Shown here: piece by piece, positions 9,198-18,517 of the stretch | Layout: each line of letters opens with the position of its first letter | Position numbering within the stretch: position 1 is the stretch's first letter | Source of the DNA: Candidatus Kapaibacterium sp. | Lineage (GTDB): Bacteria; Bacteroidota; Ignavibacteria; Kapaibacteriales; UBA2268 | Assembly (NCBI GenBank): GCA_938031175.1 | Contig: CALHGZ010000010.1 | Location: 83,508-147,507 of the forward strand | Direction of reading: 5' to 3' | Length of the DNA: 64,000 nt | The notes under the pieces: generated by a model | Seen by the model: only the letters and a program-made list of their open reading frames with translations | Databases searched by the model: none | What the model was told of the DNA's origin: nothing | Program-made: the position numbers and the translations under genes

Positions 9198-10508
9198 TTG
9201 AAAAAACTAATTTTATCTATTTTTGTCTCTTACAATATTTTAATCTTCACATTATTCGCTGCTTTTACTGACTCTGGTACTGAATTTTGGTTTTGTTTTA
9301 ACCAAAATTATATGAATAATCCTGAATATGTTCAAAACCTTCAATTGAAAGTAATAATCGTACCACTTCAGGACACAAAAATTTTTTTGACTGAATTTAG
9401 AACAGGTAAAATAACTGAATATTTAGTTAAAAAGGATAGCATGTTGGTGATTGAATTAGATAAGGAGAATCAAATTACAAAATATGAAGAGCCTTTAAAA
9501 CATTCCTTCAGATTGAAAAGTGAAAAACCAATAGTCGTATGGGCAACAAGTGAAATACCGAATTCTGCAGATTCCTACACTGTATTACCATTAGAAATGT
9601 TAGGTAAGGATTATAACATAATGTCATATTACAATCGAATGGCATTTCTTCTTTTTGGTCAAATGACAGTTTTAGCAACTGAAGATGACACAGAAGTTAC
9701 AATCATTCCAACAACACTAACTGGTGGCGGTAAACCTATGTTTCGTCCATTAGAAATTAAGCTAAATCAAGGCGAGACATATTCAATCTTTTCAATTGTT
9801 CCAGCGGAAGAAATGGAAGGAATGCCACAACAAGAATTGAGTGGTACGATAGTTAAATCAAATAAAAATATTGCAGTATTTTCTGGACATCAATGTGGTT
9901 TTGTGCCGAGGGAAACTCTTGCTTGCGATTATTTTATTGAACAAATACTACCGATAAAATTTTGGGGGAATGAATATTTTCTTGGTTCAATTCAAAAACG
10001 TACAAAATTTACTTATCGCATTCTCACGACAGAAAATGGAATTGATATTCGCAAAAATTCAAAATGGGTGGGCAATATAAATGCTTTTCAAGTGTTCGAT
10101 GATGAAATAAAAGGTGATTATGTACATATTGAAACTTCATCACCAACATTAGTTATGCAATATACTCATGGATTTATGGATATTGATTCTATTGGTGACC
10201 CAACTATGATAACAATACGCCCTGTTAACCATTATCAAAAAAAATATACATTAGCAACCCCTTTTGACAAAGAATGGTTACATTTTGTAAATATTTATAT
10301 CCCTACATCTTCTATTGATAAGTTATTTTGGAATGGGCAAAAAGTTGATAAAAATATTTTTAAGAAAGTTCCTGATACTAAATATTCAGTAGGTAGTCTA
10401 CAATTAAATTATGGTGTTCATCATCTCGAATGTGATGAACCCTTTGGTGTTACAAGCTATGGTCATAGCAATAAGAAAGATGAGCTTAGCTCGTATGGGC
10501 ATAGATAA
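9198..10508 (+). CDS. Secreted IgGFc-binding N-terminal domain protein (stand-alone)
   Basis: Signal peptide; GTEFWFCF, DSYTVLP..LGKDY, VLATEDDTEV, SNKNIAVFSGHQC, CDYFIEQILP..WG, GDP, C-terminal SYG. Confidence 0.8.
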   Translation: MKKLILSIFVSYNILIFTLFAAFTDSGTEFWFCFNQNYMNNPEYVQNLQLKVIIVPLQDTKIFLTEFRTGKITEYLVKKDSMLVIELDKENQITKYEEPLKHSFRLKSEKPIVVWATSEIPNSADSYTVLPLEMLGKDYNIMSYYNRMAFLLFGQMTVLATEDDTEVTIIPTTLTGGGKPMFRPLEIKLNQGETYSIFSIVPAEEMEGMPQQELSGTIVKSNKNIAVFSGHQCGFVPRETLACDYFIEQILPIKFWGNEYFLGSIQKRTKFTYRILTTENGIDIRKNSKWVGNINAFQVFDDEIKGDYVHIETSSPTLVMQYTHGFMDIDSIGDPTMITIRPVNHYQKKYTLATPFDKEWLHFVNIYIPTSSIDKLFWNGQKVDKNIFKKVPDTKYSVGSLQLNYGVHHLECDEPFGVTSYGHSNKKDELSSYGHR

Positions 10509-10509
10509 T

Positions 10510-11136
10510 TTAATAATTTGATACAAATAATTGGGGTTCTTTTAGGATGTTTTTAAGAAATCTTATTCTGTGAATTGGTGTAATACCAAATTTTAAAATG
10601 TTTTGAATATGTTCCAATGTAGCATATCCCTTATGTTTTGCAAATCCATAATTAGGATATAAGCGATCAGCAACTTCTATCATAAAATTATCTCTTGAGA
10701 CCTTAGCAACAATTGAAGCTGCTGCAATTGACAATGATTTCGAATCGCCTTTGACGATTGTTTTAAAAGGTTTGTCTGTTGTTCTATAACGATTTCCATC
10801 AATGAGTAAGAATTCAGGTTGTGGCACCAGAGTATCAATTGCCTTCTTCATAGCTTCAAAAGTAGCATTTAATATGTTTATCTTATCAATTTGAAGATTA
10901 TCAACATAGGCCACTGATACCTTGCAAGAGTTTATTATTTCATAATAAGATCGTAACCTTTGCTTGCTGGATAATTTCTTAGAATCCTTAATTTTAATTG
11001 AATAATTGATATTATTATTGAAAATAACAGCAGCAGCGAAAACTGGACCGGCTAATGCTCCCCTACCCGCTTCATCAATACCGGCTATTATTTTGTATTT
11101 TTTAGAATAAAGGTTTTCTAAATCGAAGTTAGGCAT
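10510..11136 (-). CDS. rnhB: Ribonuclease HII
   Basis: GIDEAGRGALAGPV, KDSKKL, LLIDGN, KGDSKSLSIAAASIVAKVSRD, HKGY. Confidence 0.97.
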   Translation of the reverse strand: MPNFDLENLYSKKYKIIAGIDEAGRGALAGPVFAAAVIFNNNINYSIKIKDSKKLSSKQRLRSYYEIINSCKVSVAYVDNLQIDKINILNATFEAMKKAIDTLVPQPEFLLIDGNRYRTTDKPFKTIVKGDSKSLSIAAASIVAKVSRDNFMIEVADRLYPNYGFAKHKGYATLEHIQNILKFGITPIHRIRFLKNILKEPQLFVSNY

Positions 11137-11142
11137 TGTGAA

Positions 11143-11898
11143 TTATTTGTCTTCTATAAGTTTTAAGAATTCATTCCTCAAATTTTGATCATCGAGAAGC
11201 AATCCCCTCATAACAGATGTAATCATTAAAGAATCAGTTTCTGAACCTCTAACTCCACGGGCAATCATACAGTAATGCTTAGCTTTAATTACTACACCTA
11301 AAGCCCGTGGTTTAATTAATGATTCAATATAATCGGCAATTTGCTCACCTAATTCTTCTTGGATCTGAGCTCTTCTGGAAAACCATTCTACAACACGGGA
11401 TAGCTTGGATAAACCAATGACATAATCACCTGGAATGTATCCAATGGCACATTTGCCGGTAATTGGCTGCCAATGATGGGAACATAATGACATAACCTCA
11501 ATTCCTTTTGAGATTATCAATTCATCGACTTTTTTTCTATTTGGAAATACTGTAATCTTTGGTCCTTTTGTGTATCTGCCAATTAAAAGCTCATTGACAA
11601 GCATCCTTGCAATACGTAAAGGTGTATTAGTTGAATTTGGATCAAGACGCGATATTCTTAGAATTTCGAGAACCTCAATAAACTTCCTTTCCAATAAATG
11701 AATCATTTCTTCTCGTTCTGATTCGCTTATTGGGATATTTCCATTAGCATCAAATAATTTATAGCCTAAGGAATTATAATCAGGGTAGTATTTGGTTACG
11801 TTATCAGTAAATTCTTTTTGCAACTCATCTTCACTTAAAGCGAATAAGTCTTTGATTTTCGTATCTTTCATATGTGTATTACTTGATTCTGAATCCAT
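11143..11898 (-). CDS. folE: GTP cyclohydrolase I
   Basis: TPLRIARM, SLCSHHWQP, GLSKLSRVV, QIQEEL, HYCMIARGV. Confidence 0.95.
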   Translation of the reverse strand: MDSESSNTHMKDTKIKDLFALSEDELQKEFTDNVTKYYPDYNSLGYKLFDANGNIPISESEREEMIHLLERKFIEVLEILRISRLDPNSTNTPLRIARMLVNELLIGRYTKGPKITVFPNRKKVDELIISKGIEVMSLCSHHWQPITGKCAIGYIPGDYVIGLSKLSRVVEWFSRRAQIQEELGEQIADYIESLIKPRALGVVIKAKHYCMIARGVRGSETDSLMITSVMRGLLLDDQNLRNEFLKLIEDK

Positions 11899-11924
11899 TT
11901 AGATTAACTCCATTGATCTTAATA

Positions 11925-12332
11925 CTAATTTCCAAAATACTCAACGTAACTATTCTCTGTCTCCCAAATTTTTATTTTGTATAATTTACCATTAGGAATT
12001 TTATCTTCTAATTCTTTCCAAAATGCAATTGCAATGTTTTCAACTGATGGAATTATGTTTATCATAAAATCTACATCTGTGTTAAAATGTTTATGGTCAA
12101 CTTTGTCAATGATAATATTTTCAACAATTTTTTTTAGAATTTTTAAATCAATAACATATCCGGTATCGGGGTTGGGTTCTCCAGCTATAGTAACCTCCAA
12201 AACATAATTATGCCCGTGTCCATTAGGATTATTGCATTTATCGAATACTTCCTTGTTCCATTCGTCACTAAACTTTGGGTTGTGTAGCCTATGCGATGCT
12301 GAAAATGTTAATCGTTTTGTTACATATACCAT
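11925..12332 (-). CDS. queD: 6-carboxytetrahydropterin synthase / PTPS
   Basis: FSASHRL, CNNPNGHGHNY, DHKH, SVENIA, WETENS. Confidence 0.9.
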   Translation of the reverse strand: MVYVTKRLTFSASHRLHNPKFSDEWNKEVFDKCNNPNGHGHNYVLEVTIAGEPNPDTGYVIDLKILKKIVENIIIDKVDHKHFNTDVDFMINIIPSVENIAIAFWKELEDKIPNGKLYKIKIWETENSYVEYFGN

Positions 12333-12428
12333 TACAAATTGCTTAATGATTAAACATAAAACAGATTTGTTGACGTCAAACTTATGATTATATTTGTTTT
12401 TGGAATTAGGATATACTTAATTAAAACA

Positions 12429-13181
12429 ATGTCAAAATATATAAATTTAATAATTTTGTTCATTTCCTTAATGACTTTTTCTTGTAGCAGTAGCAAATCA
12501 ACTAAAGTATCACAATTCATTCAAGAGCTACCTACCAAAAATACGAATAAATTAAATTTGGAATTAAAACTTTCAATGAATATTAATTTTGATAATAATA
12601 ATTACAAAGCAAATGCAGAAATAAAAATTGCTGGTTATGATTCTTTGTCAATGCTAATATCAAGTCAATTTAACTTACCAGTTGCAAGAATATATTCCAG
12701 AAAAACATACTTTGCTTTTTATAATTTTTTTGAGGAGCTTATCTACGAAGGCAATCCAAATAAACTATCACTACAAGAAATATTTAAGTTTCCTGTGTCC
12801 TTAAACAATTTTATTGATATTTTAATGTGTCAACCATACTCTTCAGCAGATGAATACATTCTAGAACGAATTAACGAAAAGGAGATGAATATCCTATTTT
12901 CGAGGATCACTGATAAACTGGAATATGTCCTATATTCTATCAATGAAGCTGGCATTATTCAATATCAAAAAAAAGCATATGATGGTTCAATTATTACGAA
13001 CATTAGCTATGCTAATTACAAAGACTTTAAAAATATTTATTACCCCTCAAAAATTTCAATTAAACTGATTAATGCAAATGTTGATATAAACGTACTTTCA
13101 GCCCAGAAAGTTGAAGTATTCACCACACCATTTAGCTTTACTATTCCAAAAAGTATTCAAAGAGTACAAATCACTGACTAA
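12429..13181 (+). CDS. DUF4292 family lipoprotein (LolB-like fold suspected)
   Basis: Lipobox FSCS after the ATG at 12429 (ORF track starts at 12384); translationally coupled to the lptD-like gene (TAATG overlap). Confidence 0.65.
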   Translation: MSKYINLIILFISLMTFSCSSSKSTKVSQFIQELPTKNTNKLNLELKLSMNINFDNNNYKANAEIKIAGYDSLSMLISSQFNLPVARIYSRKTYFAFYNFFEELIYEGNPNKLSLQEIFKFPVSLNNFIDILMCQPYSSADEYILERINEKEMNILFSRITDKLEYVLYSINEAGIIQYQKKAYDGSIITNISYANYKDFKNIYYPSKISIKLINANVDINVLSAQKVEVFTTPFSFTIPKSIQRVQITD

Positions 13182-15805
13182 TGAAGGTATTGATAAATAT
13201 TGAATTTTTTCTACAAATTACCTTCTTATTATATTTCACACAATATTTTTACTGCTTTAGCCAAGAGATTCAAGAAATAGATACTAAAAATTCTCTTAAA
13301 GATACATTATTATTGACTGAATCCAAAAGAAGTGGTATTGATACAATAGTATTTTATCGTGCTACCGATAGCATTATATTTGATATTGAACAAAAAATAA
13401 TGATTTTAAGAGGCAGTTCATCTATTGAAATGAAAAATCAGAAGTTGAGTGCTGAACTTATCGAGCTTGATTTTGAAAGGTCAATTCTAAAAGCTGAAGG
13501 AATCAGAGACTCAAATAATAAACTAATTGGAATACCTCATTTTACAGAAGAAGGTGAAGAATATTATGGGAAACACATACTTTACAATTTCAGTACAAAT
13601 AGAGGTACAATCACATTCGGTGAAACGGAATTAGGGGAAGGTTTTTACTTTGGCTCAAAAATCAAACGCATTTCTGAAAATGAGCTATTTGTGCAGAATG
13701 GTTATTATACTACCTGTGATGCTGGTCATCCACATTTCTATTTTGGTTCTCCTAAAATGAAGGTTGCTTTGAGGGATAGAATATTTATAGATCCAATAAT
13801 TTTTTATATAGAGGACATGCCAATTTTTGGAGTGCCTTTTGGCTTATTTTTCCCGAGTAAAAGTGGTAGACAATCAGGTATAATAGTACCTTCATTTTTT
13901 TTCTCACAAAACAGAGGTGTTGTTTTAAATGAATTAGGAATATATTTAGCTTTGAGCGACTATTATGACACTAAATTTTCCATGGATTTTTTTTCAAAAG
14001 GTGGTTTTATTCTCAAAAATTATACACAGTGGCACCTTGTCAATAAATTCTCAGGTAATGCACGTATTGAGTGGGGACGAACGCGACTCTCACCAGACCA
14101 GGAATTTGAACAAAGATATAGTATAGGTCTATCACATAATCATCAAATCTCCCCTTTTACAAAATTTGATGCAAGTCTAGACTTCCGATCTCAAGATTAT
14201 AACAGAAATACCAGTTTTAATATTTTTGAAACAACGCAACAAAATATCAGTTCCAATGCATCTTATTCAACAAGATTTGAAGATGGTTCGAGTTTTTCTA
14301 TTTCATTCCAAAGGGACCAAAATATTATTACAGATGAATATACACAGACTTTACCAAGATTGAGTTATATTATTCCAAATTTGTACCCATTAAGAAATTT
14401 AGTTTCAACTACTAATTGGATGCGAGACATAACATTCAGTTATAATACATCATTCCGAAGAGATGAGCAATACAGAAGAATAATACGAAGCATTGAAGAA
14501 ATAAAGGATACAAATTATCAAAAAACTTTTAAAGCATTAATAACCCACTCGCCTGTTTTATCAATCTCCCCTAAATTTGGTTACTTTACTGTACAACCAT
14601 CAGTTAGTTTTTCAGCAAATAACTATTTTCGGAAATTAACAAGAAAGTTTAATCCTGAGGATTCCTCATTAATTGATGAATTACAAGATGGTTTTTTTAC
14701 TGAATATAATTATTCTTTTAATCTATCACTTCAGACAACATTATATGGAATAGTTGATGATAGAAAACCACTGTTTTGGATTTTAAAGCCATCATCAATA
14801 GGAATAAAAGCACTACGCCATATGTGGCAACCGAGATTAACTTTATCCTATACTCCTGATCAATCCGACCCAAAATTTGGTTTCTATGGCAAATACTATG
14901 ACCTAAACCAGAATAGAGAAATAACCTATTCAAGATTCGAATACGATGGTGGTGGTATTGCATCAAGATTTCTTTCCCAAAGTTTATCCTATCGAGATAT
15001 GCACAGATTCGAAATAAAAAAACCAGGCATCGATACACTACCGGACAAGAATATAGAACTTTTCGAACTAACATTTGCCACTAATTATAACTTTGCAGCT
15101 GATTCGATTAGGTTTAGCAATCTAAATCTTACTTTACGCATACCTTCATTAGATGTAATTAATTTCAATTCACGAGCTAGCTTCACTCTTTACGACGAAG
15201 CCCCAGTAATAGATCCGAAAACCGGTTTACCAACAGATAATTACCAGCCAATAAACAAATTTTTATTCGAAACCGGTAAAGGACTTGCGAGAATGACCAC
15301 TTTTGGTATGGAATTATCTACTTCATTTAATTCAAAAGGACTTGGCAGTCAAACCACTCCCCTACATACCTCCAAAGACTCAATATCAATCGGAGAAAGA
15401 TTTTTAAAAAGAATTGAAGAAGAATACGAAGAAGCAGATATTTTTGGTGATAATACTCCAGGTTATACTCCTTTTAATATTCCTTGGAATTTATCATTTG
15501 CTTTGAGTTATTCTTATAACAGTCCTTCGATAAAAAGAATTGATCGAAACTTCAATTTAAGAATAACAGCCTCCTTCTATATCACCCCATCACTCAATGC
15601 AGATATTTCAACTCAATATGATTTAATTAATAAAGAATTTTTAGCACCATTAATAAATATACGCAAAGATTTACACTGCTGGTCTCTTAATTTTACTTGG
15701 TATCCGAGCGGATTTAATCAAGGTTTTTATCTTAAATTTGCTGCTAAATCATCTATGTTGAGCGATTTAAAATTCGAGCGACGTAGTAGTTACTTATATA
15801 GATAA
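13181..15805 (+). CDS. lptD: LPS-assembly protein LptD (Bacteroidota type)
   Basis: OstA-like jellyroll N-terminus, YTTCD...HFYF motif, long beta-barrel, C-terminal RKDLHCW. Confidence 0.88.
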   Translation: MKVLINIEFFLQITFLLYFTQYFYCFSQEIQEIDTKNSLKDTLLLTESKRSGIDTIVFYRATDSIIFDIEQKIMILRGSSSIEMKNQKLSAELIELDFERSILKAEGIRDSNNKLIGIPHFTEEGEEYYGKHILYNFSTNRGTITFGETELGEGFYFGSKIKRISENELFVQNGYYTTCDAGHPHFYFGSPKMKVALRDRIFIDPIIFYIEDMPIFGVPFGLFFPSKSGRQSGIIVPSFFFSQNRGVVLNELGIYLALSDYYDTKFSMDFFSKGGFILKNYTQWHLVNKFSGNARIEWGRTRLSPDQEFEQRYSIGLSHNHQISPFTKFDASLDFRSQDYNRNTSFNIFETTQQNISSNASYSTRFEDGSSFSISFQRDQNIITDEYTQTLPRLSYIIPNLYPLRNLVSTTNWMRDITFSYNTSFRRDEQYRRIIRSIEEIKDTNYQKTFKALITHSPVLSISPKFGYFTVQPSVSFSANNYFRKLTRKFNPEDSSLIDELQDGFFTEYNYSFNLSLQTTLYGIVDDRKPLFWILKPSSIGIKALRHMWQPRLTLSYTPDQSDPKFGFYGKYYDLNQNREITYSRFEYDGGGIASRFLSQSLSYRDMHRFEIKKPGIDTLPDKNIELFELTFATNYNFAADSIRFSNLNLTLRIPSLDVINFNSRASFTLYDEAPVIDPKTGLPTDNYQPINKFLFETGKGLARMTTFGMELSTSFNSKGLGSQTTPLHTSKDSISIGERFLKRIEEEYEEADIFGDNTPGYTPFNIPWNLSFALSYSYNSPSIKRIDRNFNLRITASFYITPSLNADISTQYDLINKEFLAPLINIRKDLHCWSLNFTWYPSGFNQGFYLKFAAKSSMLSDLKFERRSSYLYR

Positions 15806-15885
15806 TTCTAATAATTTTTAACAAAAATTTTGAAATATGAAAGGAAATTTTTAAATTTAATTATATATTAAATTTAAATGAAAAT

Positions 15886-16986
15886 ATGACTAATAAAATT
15901 CTCATAATTGAAGATGAATTAGCTATTCTCGAGAACTTAATCGAAATAATAACAACGTTTGGTTATGATGTAATAGCAGCTGATAATGGTAATGAAGGTA
16001 TAAAATTAGCCATTGAGAATGCACCAGACTTAATTATCTGCGATATTTTAATGCCTGGAATCAATGGTCTCGATGTATTAAAAAAATTACAGGAAAATGA
16101 AATTACAGCTTCGATTCCATTCATATTTTTAACAGCAAAAGCAGATAAACCATCAATTCGTTATGGTATGGAACTTGGTGCTGATGATTATTTGACTAAA
16201 CCATTCACTCCTAATCAGTTACAAAAAGCAATAGAAACACGACTCAGAAAAAAAGAGCAAACATTTGAAGCAATGAATAAAAAAATTGATATACTTAAAT
16301 CCTCATTAGCTACATCGCTCCCTCACGAATTTCGTACACCCTTAAATGGTATTTTGGCTTCTTCTGAATTTCTAATAAAATATTATGACAATTTACCTAT
16401 TGAGGATATTAAACAATTACATTTAAATATTCATAATTCAGCTTCAAGATTGCATAGGCATATAGTTAATTTCTTACTTTATTCAGAAATTAATATTCTC
16501 AAAAATCAAACCGATTTAGAAAAAAATGAGCAAAACTCGCCCCCTATGTATTTACCATCGGATATTGCCTATGCTGTGTTTTATAAATACGCTGTTATGA
16601 ATAATAGATATGAAGATTTACATTTTTTATCTAAGGGAAGCAATTACATTAATGTCAAACAGGAGCATTTTTATAAAATTTGTGAGGAATTAGCCGATAA
16701 CGCTTTTAAATTTTCTGAAAAAGGCACCCCAATAGAAGTCAGCCTTGATTCCAATAACAATAAATTAATAATGAAAATTAAAGATTTTGGCAGAGGTATG
16801 ACCTATAAGCAAATTAAAGAGATTAGTGCTTATACACAATTCGACAGAAACCTATACGAACAACAAGGTTTAGGCTTAGGTTTAGCCATTGTTATTAAAT
16901 TATGCAATTACTATGGTGGAGAATTTGCAATCAATAGCGTTCCTAATTCTTTCACTGAAATTGAAATTAAGTTCAAAACCATTTAA
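15886..16986 (+). CDS. Hybrid response regulator-histidine kinase (REC-HisKA-HATPase)
   Basis: ILIIEDE, ICDILMP, GADDYLTKP; H-box PHEFRTPLNGIL; DNAFKFS, DFGRGM, GLGLGL. Confidence 0.92.
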   Translation: MTNKILIIEDELAILENLIEIITTFGYDVIAADNGNEGIKLAIENAPDLIICDILMPGINGLDVLKKLQENEITASIPFIFLTAKADKPSIRYGMELGADDYLTKPFTPNQLQKAIETRLRKKEQTFEAMNKKIDILKSSLATSLPHEFRTPLNGILASSEFLIKYYDNLPIEDIKQLHLNIHNSASRLHRHIVNFLLYSEINILKNQTDLEKNEQNSPPMYLPSDIAYAVFYKYAVMNNRYEDLHFLSKGSNYINVKQEHFYKICEELADNAFKFSEKGTPIEVSLDSNNNKLIMKIKDFGRGMTYKQIKEISAYTQFDRNLYEQQGLGLGLAIVIKLCNYYGGEFAINSVPNSFTEIEIKFKTI

Positions 16987-18458
16987 TCAAAAATATTACC
17001 AGTTCCTAACAAGTTATCTGGATTAAATAATCTCCTGATATCTCTCATTATTTCAATTGATTCTGCGTTGAACATCCTGTAAAAGTACTTTTTCTTTAAT
17101 TTACCAATACCGTGCTCAGCAGATACAGTGCCTTTCTTATCTAAAGAGTAATCAATAATTATATCATATAAATTCAAAGCATTCTTCATATCATTATCAG
17201 ATGCAGGGAATAAATTTGAATGCAAATGATTATTACCAATGTGCCCCCAGATTGCATATTCGATATTACTTTTAGTAAGCAAATTGTTAATAAAAAGTAT
17301 ATAATCCTTCAAATAATCATCTGGAACAGCTGTATCTGTGCCAATTTTTAATAGTTTTTTTTGAGAAATAATATCATTCACAGCAAGTGGTAAGCGATGT
17401 CTAAATTCAGCTAATTTTTTATGTTCATTGTCGCTTAATGCTATCCATGTATGTTGTGTAAGTGAAGTATAATTATCTATCAATTTATACCATTCATTGA
17501 GAATCAAATCTTCATTATCTTTTATGTATTCTTGCTCAAACCAGATAGCAGCTATAGCTGATTCCGGAATTTGGGGATAAAATGGCTTTAATAAATTCAA
17601 AGATCTGCTGTCAAAATATTCTATTAATCGTGCAGCAATTGTATTTATAATTGAATAATGCTTTTGGTTATTAATCTTACTTAAATCTCTGATTGTCACA
17701 ACAAAATCAGATAGACTTACAATGTCATTAAAAAAAATTACTCCGCCTATGACATAATCAGGTTTATCAAGCAATTTTAATTCAGCAAGAGTAGTTATTG
17801 CAAGTGAACCTTCGCTACCAATAAATAAGTCAATAGCATCCATATTTTTTTTAAGATAATACCCGGAGGCATTTTTAGTGTATGGCATCTTAATATCGTT
17901 GAATTCAATTGAGTAGAGCTTGCCCGAGTTAGTTTTAAATTTCAAAAAATATCCATCTGCTATGGCTTCACCCCTACTTAATTTCACTTTTTCATTATCA
18001 CCGAGAATTAATTCAAGAGATAGGACAAAATCACGAGTAGCACCGTATTTGAATGTTCTCGAGCCGGATGCATTCGTTGCTATATTACCCCCTATCGTAC
18101 TATTATTTTCAGTTGGATTAGGCGGATAAAATAAGTTGTAATCGTCGAGGAATTTTTCCAAATCAATTAAAGTGATGCCGGGTTGTACTTTGATTGTTTT
18201 TTGATTTAAATCGAAGTCGACAACTTTATTCAGCTTTTCCATAGAGATAATTGCCCCACCCTCGGGGACTTTACCACCAGTTAAGCCTGTTCCAGCACCT
18301 GATATAGTAACTTTTTGTTTGTTCCTAATACAATTTTCGAATGCTTCTTGAATTTCAGCTATAGTCTCGGGGATATATACAATATCAGCATATCCCTCAT
18401 AATTAGAGGCATCTTTTAGATAAGGTTTAATTAAATCTTTTTCAGTTTTAATTATCAT
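16983..18458 (-). CDS. FAD-binding oxidoreductase (GlcD / D-2-hydroxyacid dehydrogenase family)
   Basis: GAGTGLTGG, YPPNP, TIGGNIATNASG, FIGSEGSL, GHIGNNHLH, SAEHGIG. Confidence 0.9.
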   Translation of the reverse strand: MIIKTEKDLIKPYLKDASNYEGYADIVYIPETIAEIQEAFENCIRNKQKVTISGAGTGLTGGKVPEGGAIISMEKLNKVVDFDLNQKTIKVQPGITLIDLEKFLDDYNLFYPPNPTENNSTIGGNIATNASGSRTFKYGATRDFVLSLELILGDNEKVKLSRGEAIADGYFLKFKTNSGKLYSIEFNDIKMPYTKNASGYYLKKNMDAIDLFIGSEGSLAITTLAELKLLDKPDYVIGGVIFFNDIVSLSDFVVTIRDLSKINNQKHYSIINTIAARLIEYFDSRSLNLLKPFYPQIPESAIAAIWFEQEYIKDNEDLILNEWYKLIDNYTSLTQHTWIALSDNEHKKLAEFRHRLPLAVNDIISQKKLLKIGTDTAVPDDYLKDYILFINNLLTKSNIEYAIWGHIGNNHLHSNLFPASDNDMKNALNLYDIIIDYSLDKKGTVSAEHGIGKLKKKYFYRMFNAESIEIMRDIRRLFNPDNLLGTGNIFD

Positions 18459-18517
18459 ATATTTAATTAACTTTTTTTTAATATTTTTGAATAATGTATA
18501 ATACGATTTGAAATGAA

